This document shows, one piece after another, positions 33,430 to 43,004 of a stretch of DNA of 64,000 bases. The position numbers and the translations under genes are program-made. Origin of the DNA: an uncultured Gammaproteobacteria bacterium (GTDB lineage: Bacteria > Pseudomonadota > Gammaproteobacteria > JAKDMP01); contig CAWJLN010000001.1 in assembly GCA_963843735.1 (NCBI GenBank), positions 129,023 to 193,022 on the forward strand, given 5' to 3'. The notes under the pieces are model-generated. The model did no database searches. It was given only the letters and a program-made list of their open reading frames with translations, and was not told the origin of the DNA. Within the stretch, counting starts at the first letter, position 1; each line of letters starts with the position of its first letter.

Positions 33430-33679
33430 GGTCACGGCAGAGGCCCGAAGTCAGCTGCGCAAGATAGATCATGGTGATGCGAAGCAAATCCGGGATTATC
33501 TGCGGGAACGAGTCGAGGCACTAGAGGATCCCCGCCAGCTGGGAAAGCCGCTCAAGGGCCGGTTCTCGGAGTTGTGGCGCTACCGTATTGGTAGATATCG
33601 GGTGATCTGCGAGTTGCAGGACCAGAAACTGATGGTCCTGGTAGTCCGCATCGGTCATCGTAAAAATGTATATCGCTAG
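33413..33679 (+). CDS. type II toxin, RelE/ParE family
   Basis: (M)[18 protein letters not shown]...[41 protein letters not shown]. The TTG 33413 start was chosen because the longer ORF-track N-terminus overlaps the antitoxin. Confidence 0.8.
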   Translation: MGWRIEVTAEARSQLRKIDHGDAKQIRDYLRERVEALEDPRQLGKPLKGRFSELWRYRIGRYRVICELQDQKLMVLVVRIGHRKNVYR

Positions 33680-36380
<2,701 letters not shown>

Positions 36381-36431
36381 GCAGGCCGTGATTAATTCGG
36401 GACTTATATTGCGCTGCCACAGATGTTGATT

Positions 36432-36498
36432 GTAGGAGCGGGCCATGCCCGCGATGAGTGGCGCGATGGCTTCTGTCGCGGGCATGGCCCGCTCCTAC
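36432..36498. repeat. inverted pair of REP elements (GTAGGAGCGGGCCATGCCCGCGAT family)
   Basis: 36432..36455 forward and 36475..36498 reverse complement, between alaS and csrA. Confidence 0.8.
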
Positions 36499-36576
36499 GG
36501 CGATTGCGTTCGACCGTCATGGTTAAACCTGTGACGCTAGAATTGCCCGTGATGCAGCCGTAAACGGAAGAAGGCC

Positions 36577-36798
36577 ATGTTGATCCTCAGCCGCCGTGCG
36601 GGCGAAATCCTCAAGATTGGCGAAGAGATTGCCGTTACCGTGCTCGACATCAAGGGTGGTCAGGTGCGTCTGGGAATTGACGCGCCGCGCGGGCTGCAGA
36701 TACGCCGCGAGGAGCCGCAGCACGAAAGCGAAAAGCACGGCGCGGGTTTGGCCGGGGACGCCGCCGGGACGGGCGGAGAATTGCCCTCGAAGGCCTGA
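36577..36798 (+). CDS. csrA: carbon storage regulator CsrA (with extended C-terminal tail)
   Basis: [46 protein letters not shown]; 73 aa. Confidence 0.9.
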   Translation: MLILSRRAGEILKIGEEIAVTVLDIKGGQVRLGIDAPRGLQIRREEPQHESEKHGAGLAGDAAGTGGELPSKA

Positions 36799-36892
36799 AT
36801 GGGCCTGTGTGTTACGCTTTCGCACGCTGTAGCTATTGCGCCCTTTCTATTGGAGGAAGGACCCGAATCTGGAACGCGGCTGGAGTGGAACT

Positions 36893-36963
36893 GTAGGAGC
36901 GGCGGTCCCCGCCGCGATTACGTAACGTGCGATTAAAATCGCGGCGGGGACCGCCGCTCCTAC
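36893..36963. repeat. inverted pair of REP elements (GTAGGAGCGGCGGTCCCCGCCGCGAT)
   Basis: 36893..36918 forward and 36938..36963 reverse complement, downstream of csrA. Confidence 0.8.
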
Positions 36964-36989
36964 CAGGTTGGTGTAAGGCCGGTCAGTGC

Positions 36990-37104
36990 GGAGAGATGGC
37001 CGAGTGGTCGAGCAGATTGTATGGAACAATCTGCAACATGCGCCGCGCAGCGGTGCATGGCCCGCAGGGCGGCGGCCATGGACGGCCGCCGTAACGCGCT
37101 CCCC
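36990..37104 (+). pseudogene. truncated tRNA-Ser 5' fragment carrying four-hairpin element copy A (37012..37093) in its D-loop
   Basis: GGAGAGATGGCCGAGTGGTCGA (identical to the first 22 nt of the intact gene), then the 82-nt element, then ACGCGCTCCCC (intact gene: AGGCGCTCCCC), after which homology ends. Confidence 0.65.
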
Positions 37105-37165
37105 GGCACGCGCCGCGAGGCGCGTCGGCCTGGTAAAGCGCGAGCGTGTGAGGTTTCGATAATGC

Positions 37166-37255
37166 GGAGAGATGGCCGAGTGGTCGAAGGCGCTCCCCTG
37201 CTAAGGGAGTAAGGGCTAACGCCCTTCGAGGGTTCGAATCCCTCTCTCTCCGCCA
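37166..37255 (+). tRNA. tRNA-Ser (anticodon GCT), CCA encoded
   Basis: Hand-folded: acceptor GGAGAGA/TCTCTCC, anticodon stem CTCCC/GGGAG with loop CTGCTAA, long variable arm GGGC-TAAC-GCCC, T-arm GAGGG-TTCGAAT-CCCTC. Confidence 0.9.
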
Positions 37256-37294
37256 TCTTTCCGGGAACGGCCTGCAAGGCCGTTCCCGGAAAGA
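37256..37294 (+). terminator. perfect 17-bp hairpin immediately 3' of tRNA-Ser (no T-tract; termination or processing signal)
   Basis: TCTTTCCGGGAACGGCC-TGCAA-GGCCGTTCCCGGAAAGA. Confidence 0.4.
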
Positions 37295-37332
37295 TCACAG
37301 ATGGGCTTTGAACCCTCGAAGTTAAGCAATAC

Positions 37333-37437
37333 GGGTTCGAGCGATCCGCCACAGGCGGATCACAACATGCGCCGCACAGCGGTGCATGGCCCCGAAGGGG
37401 CGAGGCCGCAGGCCGAGTAATCCCTCTCTCTCCGCCA
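37333..37437 (+). pseudogene. tRNA-Ser 3' fragment (T-arm + acceptor 3' strand + CCA) carrying element copy B (37341..37419) in the T-loop
   Basis: GGGTTCGA, then the 79-nt element, then ATCCCTCTCTCTCCGCCA (identical to the 3' end of the intact gene). Confidence 0.65.
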
Positions 37438-37495
37438 TCTTCGGCGCGAAGATGTCCTGGCGTTTCGATACAATAACGGGAGGAGGAAAGTTGTC

Positions 37496-37693
37496 ATGAT
37501 TCGAGTTGAAACCGAACAGGAATCCGACGGCCGCTGGTTGGCGGAATGCGCTCAACTTCCAGGAGTTTTGTCCTATGGGGCAACCCGGACAGAGGCTATC
37601 GTCAAGGCTCAAGTCTTGGCGTTGCGGGTACTGTCAGAGCGCCTGGAGCATGGTGAGCCCGTCCCCGATCTGAACAACCTGTTCGCAGCGTGA
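37496..37693 (+). CDS. hicB: type II antitoxin HicB-like (UPF0150 fold)
   Basis: 65 aa, MIRVETEQESDGRWLAECAQLPGVLSYGATRTEAI. GGAGGAGGA RBS. The stop overlaps the hicA GTG (GTGA). Confidence 0.7.
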   Translation: MIRVETEQESDGRWLAECAQLPGVLSYGATRTEAIVKAQVLALRVLSERLEHGEPVPDLNNLFAA

Positions 37694-37902
37694 CCCAATG
37701 GCGTGCCGTCAAGGCGCGTAGAGTTCTGGCGGCTTTGCTTGCGCAGGGCTGGCGTGTGAAGCGGCAAAGCGGTTCGCATAAAACCCTGCAGCGAGACGGC
37801 TGGGAGGATTTTGTATTCGCTTTTCATGATCGGGAAGAAATCGGCCCGCGCATGCTGGCCCGTATCGCCAAACGTACGGGACTGAAGCCGGACGATCTGT
37901 GA
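37690..37902 (+). CDS. hicA: type II toxin HicA (mRNA interferase)
   Basis: 70 aa, KARRVLAALLAQGWRVKRQSGSHKTLQRDG...IGPRMLARIAKRTGL. Confidence 0.8.
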   Translation: MTQWRAVKARRVLAALLAQGWRVKRQSGSHKTLQRDGWEDFVFAFHDREEIGPRMLARIAKRTGLKPDDL

Positions 37903-37966
37903 AGGGTTTGCCCGATGAGGTCCGATGTTGACCTGACAGCGCGAGAACCACGATAATACGCAGTTC

Positions 37967-38130
37967 GCGCCCGTAGCTCAGTTGGATAGAGTACCTGGCT
38001 ACGAACCAGGGGGTCGGGAGTTCGAGCGATCCGCGGAGCGGATCACAACGTGCAGCGCGAAGCGCTGCGCGGCCCGAAGGGTGAGCCTGAGCACTCGCGA
38101 GTGCTCAGGCGAATAATCTCTCCGGGCGCA
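37967..38130 (+). pseudogene. full-length tRNA-Arg(ACG) copy interrupted in the T-loop by element copy C (38026..38115); no encoded CCA
   Basis: GCGCCCGTAGCTCAGTTGGATAGAGTACCTGGCTACGAACCAGGGGGTCGGGAGTTCGA, then the 90-nt element, then ATCTCTCCGGGCGCA. Both acceptor strands are present. Confidence 0.65.
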
Positions 38131-38203
38131 CGACTCTCGGAAGAGTCGAGTTGATCAGGATGGAGGTGAAGCGCCGATAATATCGGCTTGATGCAAAGTT
38201 TAC

Positions 38204-38280
38204 GCGCCCGTAGCTCAGTTGGATAGAGTACCTGGCTACGAACCAGGGGGTCGGGAGTTCGAATCTCTCCGGGCGCGCCA
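38204..38280 (+). tRNA. tRNA-Arg (anticodon ACG), CCA encoded
   Basis: Hand-folded: acceptor GCGCCCG/CGGGCGC, anticodon stem CCTGG/CCAGG with loop CTACGAA, T-arm GGGAG-TTCGAAT-CTCTC. Confidence 0.9.
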
Positions 38281-38310
38281 TTGCGAAAGGGCCTTTTGGC
38301 CCTTTCGCAA
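38281..38310 (+). terminator. perfect 13-bp hairpin immediately 3' of tRNA-Arg (no T-tract)
   Basis: TTGCGAAAGGGCC-TTTT-GGCCCTTTCGCAA. Confidence 0.4.
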
Positions 38311-38350
38311 TGGCATGGGTGGGTTCGGACTCCCGAAACCCGCGCAAGCG

Positions 38351-38460
38351 GGTCGGGAGTTCGAGCAAATCGCGGAGCGATTTACAACGTGCACCGCGTA
38401 GCGGTGCGCGGCCCGCAGGGCGAGCGCCGAGAGGCGCGAGTAATCTCTCCGGGCGCGCCA
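38351..38460 (+). pseudogene. tRNA-Arg 3' fragment carrying element copy D (38365..38442) in the T-loop
   Basis: GGTCGGGAGTTCGA, then the 78-nt element, then ATCTCTCCGGGCGCGCCA (identical to the intact 3' end). Confidence 0.65.
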
Positions 38461-38740
38461 TCTTGCCGCGGCAAGTCATGGCCGCAAAGTAATCGCGGCT
38501 TTGAGGGGGGGCGGAGATGAGATCGGTTCGAAAATTTACAATAAATCAATAGCTTCGATATTATCCGGTCGGCAGAAGTAGTAAGTGTTCATCCATTCGC
38601 GGGCGGTGGCGAACAGAGGCCTACAGAGTGGATAAACGAAAGCGATCGAGAGGAACCTTCGTGCAAATACCGAATCCTGATCGTGTAGGTTTGAAAAAGC
38701 CAATGGAAATTGAATGGTAACTGGGGTAACCTAAAGCTCT

Positions 38741-40426
38741 GTGTCAGGTATGCCTGCTTTGTTCAGGAGCGGTGTGCCGAAGGTGTCAATAAAGAGCCGC
38801 GGGAATGGTAGCAGCAACATTTTGGAGGCCGCTTCGGGTGATGGATTCCGAGATCCAGGCTTATCGGACGCGTATGGTCAAGGCGCTGTGACCAAAGCAT
38901 TTACCCGGGTAACCACGTTGGCGCGCCTCTGTGGCAGGCGCTTTTTAATATCAGGTTTGATTATTGGATTGAGTGTGGTGCTTGCGCTTGCGCTTGCGCC
39001 GCGTCCGGCGCAGGCCGATCCCTGGCTCGCACCGGGCAACGTGCAGGCCCGCCAGGACGTCGAACTTCTGGTGGACACGGGTGTCATCAACGTTCCGGTC
39101 ACCACCTGGCCGATTCCCTGGGGTTCAATCTCGGCGCAATTGGCCACCGTGGAGACCGACAAGCTCTCTCCCTCCCAGCAGCTCGCCTACGAACGTCTGC
39201 TCGACGACATCCGCGGCGTGCAGGCGGGCGGCAATCAGTTCGGGTTCATGGCGGCTGCGGCGCCCGGGCGTCCGGCGCTGCGCTGGTTCGGCGACACGCC
39301 GCGCGGCAAGGAGGCGGCCGGCGCCTCCTGGTCCGGCTACAACGGCAATCTCGCCTTCCGCTTCAACGTCGCCGCGGTGTACGGCAGTCGCGATCACCAG
39401 CGTGCTCGTTTCGATGGCAGCTATCTCTCCGTCGCACTCGGCAACTGGATTCTGACCGCCGGCCAGATTGATCAATACTGGGGGCCGGCCTGGAGCGGCA
39501 GCCTGATTCTTGGAACGAATTCGCGGCCGGTGCCCGGCGTGATGTTGAGCCGCAATGTCTCCACGCCCTTCGATACTCCGATCCTGCATTGGATGGGACC
39601 GTGGACGTTCACGATTTTTGCCGGGCGGCTCGAGAACAGCCGCTATGTGCCAAATCCCTTTCTGCTCGGTGCACGTTTCGCGATCCGACCGCTTTCGGGC
39701 GTGGAGATCGGGCTTTCGCGTACCGCCGAGTTCGGTGGCGCGGGGAGACCCCAGAACTGGAGTTGCCTGTGGAAAACCATTATCGGACACACGAATATAC
39801 AACCAGGGACAACAGTTAATTGCGCCAATCAGCTTGCCGCGGTTGACGCAAGGTTCCACATCCCCCGAACACGCCTCGCCTTTTACGGGCAGTTAAACGC
39901 GGAGGACACATCAAGTTCAGGTTTGAGCAAATGGACAGACCTTTTAGGGCTTTCCATGTGGGGAAGTGTCGGCAACGACGGCGCGAACTATCGCGGATTC
40001 CTCGAATATGCCAATACCACGGTCAATTCATATAAACAGCCCGACCCCAATATCGAATATGAACACGGTATCTATCGCAGCGGTTACCGCTATCGTGGCT
40101 TCGATCTGGGCTATCCGACCGACAACGACAGCGAACTATGGACCCTGGGCCTGACCCTGCAAGGTGCGAACGATGGCCAATTGACCTTCATTCTGCGGCA
40201 TGGTACCCTCAATCGCGACAATACCAATGTGTTCGAGCCGTGGGGTGGCAATAAATTGGCGCCGGTGCGAACGGGGCTGGACGAAGCCGACGTGTATTTC
40301 CAACCGTCGTTCTGGGGGGGGCATTTGAATCTCGGTGTGGGGGTTATCCGCTGGGCGCCGATTGGGCTGCCGGTCGAGACGGGACTGCACGCGCAAGTGG
40401 TATGGCAGCAAGGCTTCAACGAATGA
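38741..40426 (+). CDS. wzi: capsule assembly outer-membrane protein, Wzi family
   Basis: Signal peptide ...LALALAPRPAQA|DPWLAPGNVQARQDVELLVDTGVINVPVTTWPIPWGSI (Wzi-type N-terminal motif), followed by a long beta-rich region. The true start is probably GTG 38888 or TTG 38918. Confidence 0.7.
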   Translation: MSGMPALFRSGVPKVSIKSRGNGSSNILEAASGDGFRDPGLSDAYGQGAVTKAFTRVTTLARLCGRRFLISGLIIGLSVVLALALAPRPAQADPWLAPGNVQARQDVELLVDTGVINVPVTTWPIPWGSISAQLATVETDKLSPSQQLAYERLLDDIRGVQAGGNQFGFMAAAAPGRPALRWFGDTPRGKEAAGASWSGYNGNLAFRFNVAAVYGSRDHQRARFDGSYLSVALGNWILTAGQIDQYWGPAWSGSLILGTNSRPVPGVMLSRNVSTPFDTPILHWMGPWTFTIFAGRLENSRYVPNPFLLGARFAIRPLSGVEIGLSRTAEFGGAGRPQNWSCLWKTIIGHTNIQPGTTVNCANQLAAVDARFHIPRTRLAFYGQLNAEDTSSSGLSKWTDLLGLSMWGSVGNDGANYRGFLEYANTTVNSYKQPDPNIEYEHGIYRSGYRYRGFDLGYPTDNDSELWTLGLTLQGANDGQLTFILRHGTLNRDNTNVFEPWGGNKLAPVRTGLDEADVYFQPSFWGGHLNLGVGVIRWAPIGLPVETGLHAQVVWQQGFNE

Positions 40427-41034
40427 AGGCTTCCCTGTTCAATCCTTCATTTCCACAGTTGTCGGAGGATGACTCTCTTGCTCCTTCTCCCCTTGCGGGA
40501 GAAGGTGAGGACAAGGGGAACATTGCGAAGCAATGGAAGGTGCTTTTCACCCTCACCCCAACCCTCTCCCGTCGAGGGAGAGGGGGCAAGACAGGTTTTT
40601 TACCCTCCTTCTTGTTCGCATTGCGAGGAAGGGGGAGTTGGAGGGGGATTCCGGGATTTCTCACCCTCACCCCAACCCTCTCCCGTCAAGGGAGAGGGAG
40701 CAAGACGGCTGGAAGCATTCTCGCAATCGGCGTTTTGAGTTTGGCGCTCGCAGGCTGTTCGCTGCCGGGCAGGGCCTTTCCGGGCGGTCCAAGCCCTTGG
40801 CTGTCGGGAGGGGCACCGGGTTCCGTTTACGGAGCCCCGCCAGCCACGTCTCCAGCCCCGGCGACCACTCACCGGGGCAGCTCTGAAGTACAACGTCCGG
40901 CCGATTCAGGCACAGCGACGAGCGGCAAAAAGGGCGGCGATTATCCGTTGCCACGCAGTGTCGGCTTCGATAAAGAACGAGTATTTCGATACAATGCGCG
41001 CCTTGATCCCGAGCTGCGCACCGCTTTATCTACA
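40423..41034 (+). other. open frame from an ATGA-coupled ATG through the repeat array to a lipobox (LALAGC, Cys codon 40756); coding status unresolved
   Basis: ATG 40423 overlaps the wzi stop. The frame stays open through the 114-bp repeats to AIGVLSLALAGCSLPG and then a Pro/Gly/Ser-rich stretch. There is no stop before wzb, which is in the same frame. Confidence 0.3.
40481..40700. repeat. repeat array: one inverted-orientation hairpin copy + 1.35 tandem units of 114 bp (CCCTCACCCCAACCCTCTCCCGTCGAGGGAGAGGG...)
   Basis: Units start at 40547 and 40661 (period 114). Each unit holds the hairpins CCCTCTCCC-N4-GGGAGAGGG and CCTTG/CTCGCA-T-TGCGAGGAAGG. Confidence 0.8.
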
Positions 41035-41478
41035 ATGATAGCCAGTCTGCTTGTCGTTTGCACCGGTAATATCTGCCGCAGCCCGATGGCGGCGGCCCTG
41101 TTTGCCGAGCGCGCCGGCGCAGCGGGGAAGCCGCTTGAAGTGGCCTCTGCCGGCACGGCGGCGATGATCGGTCATCCTCCACCCGATGAGGCGATTGAAC
41201 TCATGGCCGAGCGGGGGCTCGATATCAGCGGTCACCGGGGCCGGCAGATCACGGGTGAAATCGCCCGAAACTACGACCTTATTCTGGTGATGGAGCGCGC
41301 GCAGCAACAGTACATTGAAGCCAACTGGCCGATATTCAGGGGACGCGTGCACCGCCTCGGCGATCGGCGTGACGAAGACATCAGCGATCCGTATAGCAAG
41401 CCAAAGGAGGCATACTTGGAAAGCCTTGCGCAGATTGATGCCGGGGTGGAGGAATGGAGCGGGATGTTGCTTCAATGA
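41035..41478 (+). CDS. wzb: low-molecular-weight protein-tyrosine phosphatase
   Basis: MIASLLVVCTGNICRSPMAAALF (C-x5-R-S P-loop) and DISDPY; 147 aa. Confidence 0.9.
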   Translation: MIASLLVVCTGNICRSPMAAALFAERAGAAGKPLEVASAGTAAMIGHPPPDEAIELMAERGLDISGHRGRQITGEIARNYDLILVMERAQQQYIEANWPIFRGRVHRLGDRRDEDISDPYSKPKEAYLESLAQIDAGVEEWSGMLLQ

Positions 41479-43004
41479 AAAAAATGATATTCGTATCCCC
41501 TCTTCCCTTGCGGGAGAGGGCAAGGGTGAGGGGTACAGCCGCGAAGCGGCTGATAGTTGGAATGTTCACCCTCACCCCAACCCTCTCCCGTCAAGGGAGA
41601 GGGAGCAGGACAGGTTTACCCTCCTCCTTGCTCGCATTGCGAGGAAGGGGGAGTTGGAGGGGGATTTCGGGATTTCTCACCCTCACCCCAACCCTCTCCC
41701 GTCAAGGGAGAGGGAGCAAGACAGGGTTACCCTCCTCCTTGCTCGCATCGCGAGGAAGGGGGAGTTGGAGGGGGATTCCGGGATTTCTCACCCTCACCCC
41801 AACCCTCTCCCGTCAAGGGAGAGGGGGCAGAGCTGCTCTTGCAATCGGTGTGCTGGGCTTGGCGCTGGCGGGATGCTCATTGCCGGGTTTTTCCTTTCAC
41901 GGCAGCCACAAGCGTGCGCAGGAGAACGGGAAAGCGACGGGCTATCAGGTGCAGCCCATTACCCCGGCGCTGCTTCGGGCGCAGGCCGAGAAGCGGCAGC
42001 AGACCGCAGTGGGTCTGCCCAATCCGGCGCTGAAACAGGCCATCAGCGACTACAGTTATCGCGTGCAGTCCCAGGATGTGATCGGCGTCACGATTTGGGG
42101 GCACCCGGAGTTCAGCCCCGGCGCATCTCCGGCCGCCGATTTGTCTTCGGCCAATAACACCGGCATTACGAATCCCGGTGCCGCATCCCCCGGTCAGGCC
42201 GGATTCACCGTCCAGGCGGACGGGACAATTTTCTTCCCCTACGTCGGTAAGCTGCACGTCGCGGGACTCACGATGGACGAGGTGCGCGAGAAACTGACCA
42301 AGGCACTGAAGGCCTACGTCGTTGATCCGCAGATCAACGTGACCGTAGTCGGGTTTCACGGCCAGACGTATCAACTTGCGGGCGCGGTCGTCAAGCCGGG
42401 CTTGTATCCGATTACCAACGTGCCGGTTACGGTATCTCAGGCGATCCAGGCCGCGGGGGGCATCCTGCAGACGGTCCCGACCGTAACGGTTGCTTCCAAG
42501 GCATCTGCAACGGCACTGGCTGATCTGGCGCACGTCCTCTACATCCACGATGGCAAGCGCTCGGTCTTGAACCTGCGCGATTTCTTTCAGAACGGCGACG
42601 AATCGCAGGATCGTCTCGTGCATCCGGGCGATATCATCCAGGTGCCCGACAATTCCTTCGATCAGGTGCATCTGATTGGCGAGGTGCGGGAGCCGGGTAA
42701 TTACCCGCTCGACAACGGGCAGTTGAATCTAGCCCAGGCGTTGGGCGCCGCGGGCGGTCTCGATCTGACCACGGCGAATCCGAGCCGCATTTTTGTGTTC
42801 CGGGGAGCGTACGAAAAGCCGCTGATCTTTTGGCTGGATGCGCGGTCTCCCGAATCCATGCTGCTGGCCACGCAGTTTGAGTTGAAACCGCAGGATGTCG
42901 TCTTTGTCGCAACCGCGGGCATCAGTACCTGGAACCGTATCGTCAGTCAGATTCTGCCGACGGTGCAGGCGCTTTACGAAACCAAGGTGTTGGTGAAGCC
43001 ATGA
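41475..43004 (+). CDS. wza: polysaccharide export outer-membrane lipoprotein Wza (start and N-terminus unresolved because of the in-frame repeat array)
   Basis: Lipobox LALAGC (Cys codon 41874), then a Poly_export-type region (YRVQSQDVIGVTIWGHPEFS, TVQADGTIFFPYVGKLHVAGLTMDEVR) and SLBB-like repeats. ATG 41475 overlaps the wzb stop (ATGA). The only start-like codon near the lipobox is GTG 41850. Confidence 0.8.
   Translation: MKKMIFVSPLPLRERARVRGTAAKRLIVGMFTLTPTLSRQGRGSRTGLPSSLLALRGRGSWRGISGFLTLTPTLSRQGRGSKTGLPSSLLASRGRGSWRGIPGFLTLTPTLSRQGRGGRAALAIGVLGLALAGCSLPGFSFHGSHKRAQENGKATGYQVQPITPALLRAQAEKRQQTAVGLPNPALKQAISDYSYRVQSQDVIGVTIWGHPEFSPGASPAADLSSANNTGITNPGAASPGQAGFTVQADGTIFFPYVGKLHVAGLTMDEVREKLTKALKAYVVDPQINVTVVGFHGQTYQLAGAVVKPGLYPITNVPVTVSQAIQAAGGILQTVPTVTVASKASATALADLAHVLYIHDGKRSVLNLRDFFQNGDESQDRLVHPGDIIQVPDNSFDQVHLIGEVREPGNYPLDNGQLNLAQALGAAGGLDLTTANPSRIFVFRGAYEKPLIFWLDARSPESMLLATQFELKPQDVVFVATAGISTWNRIVSQILPTVQALYETKVLVKP
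41497..41825. repeat. repeat array: one inverted-orientation hairpin copy + 2.35 tandem units of 111 bp, same family as 40481..40700
   Basis: Units start at 41566, 41677 and 41788 (period 111 = 37 codons). Confidence 0.85.

Noticed and set aside
37012-38442. tRNA-embedded elements as group I or group II introns
   Set aside because: At 78-90 nt they are far too short. They lack the conserved intron cores. They sit in T- or D-loops rather than the anticodon loop, and two copies are attached to tRNA fragments without 5' halves.
38602-38612. ops/JUMPstart-like sequence GGCGGTGGCGA upstream of wzi
   Set aside because: It differs from the remembered ops core GGCGGTAG at a core position, and no rfaH context is visible. 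This is too weak to call.
40402-41478. 358-aa ORF as a single lipoprotein-Wzb fusion protein
   Set aside because: LMW-PTPs are ~150-aa cytoplasmic enzymes with their own ATG (41035). The upstream part is repeat DNA plus a low-complexity stretch. It is reported instead as an unresolved open frame.
40481-41825. Tandem repeats as a possible CRISPR array
   Set aside because: The units are 111-114 bp and contiguous with no unique spacers. They contain internal hairpins of a dispersed REP-like family, and no cas genes are nearby.
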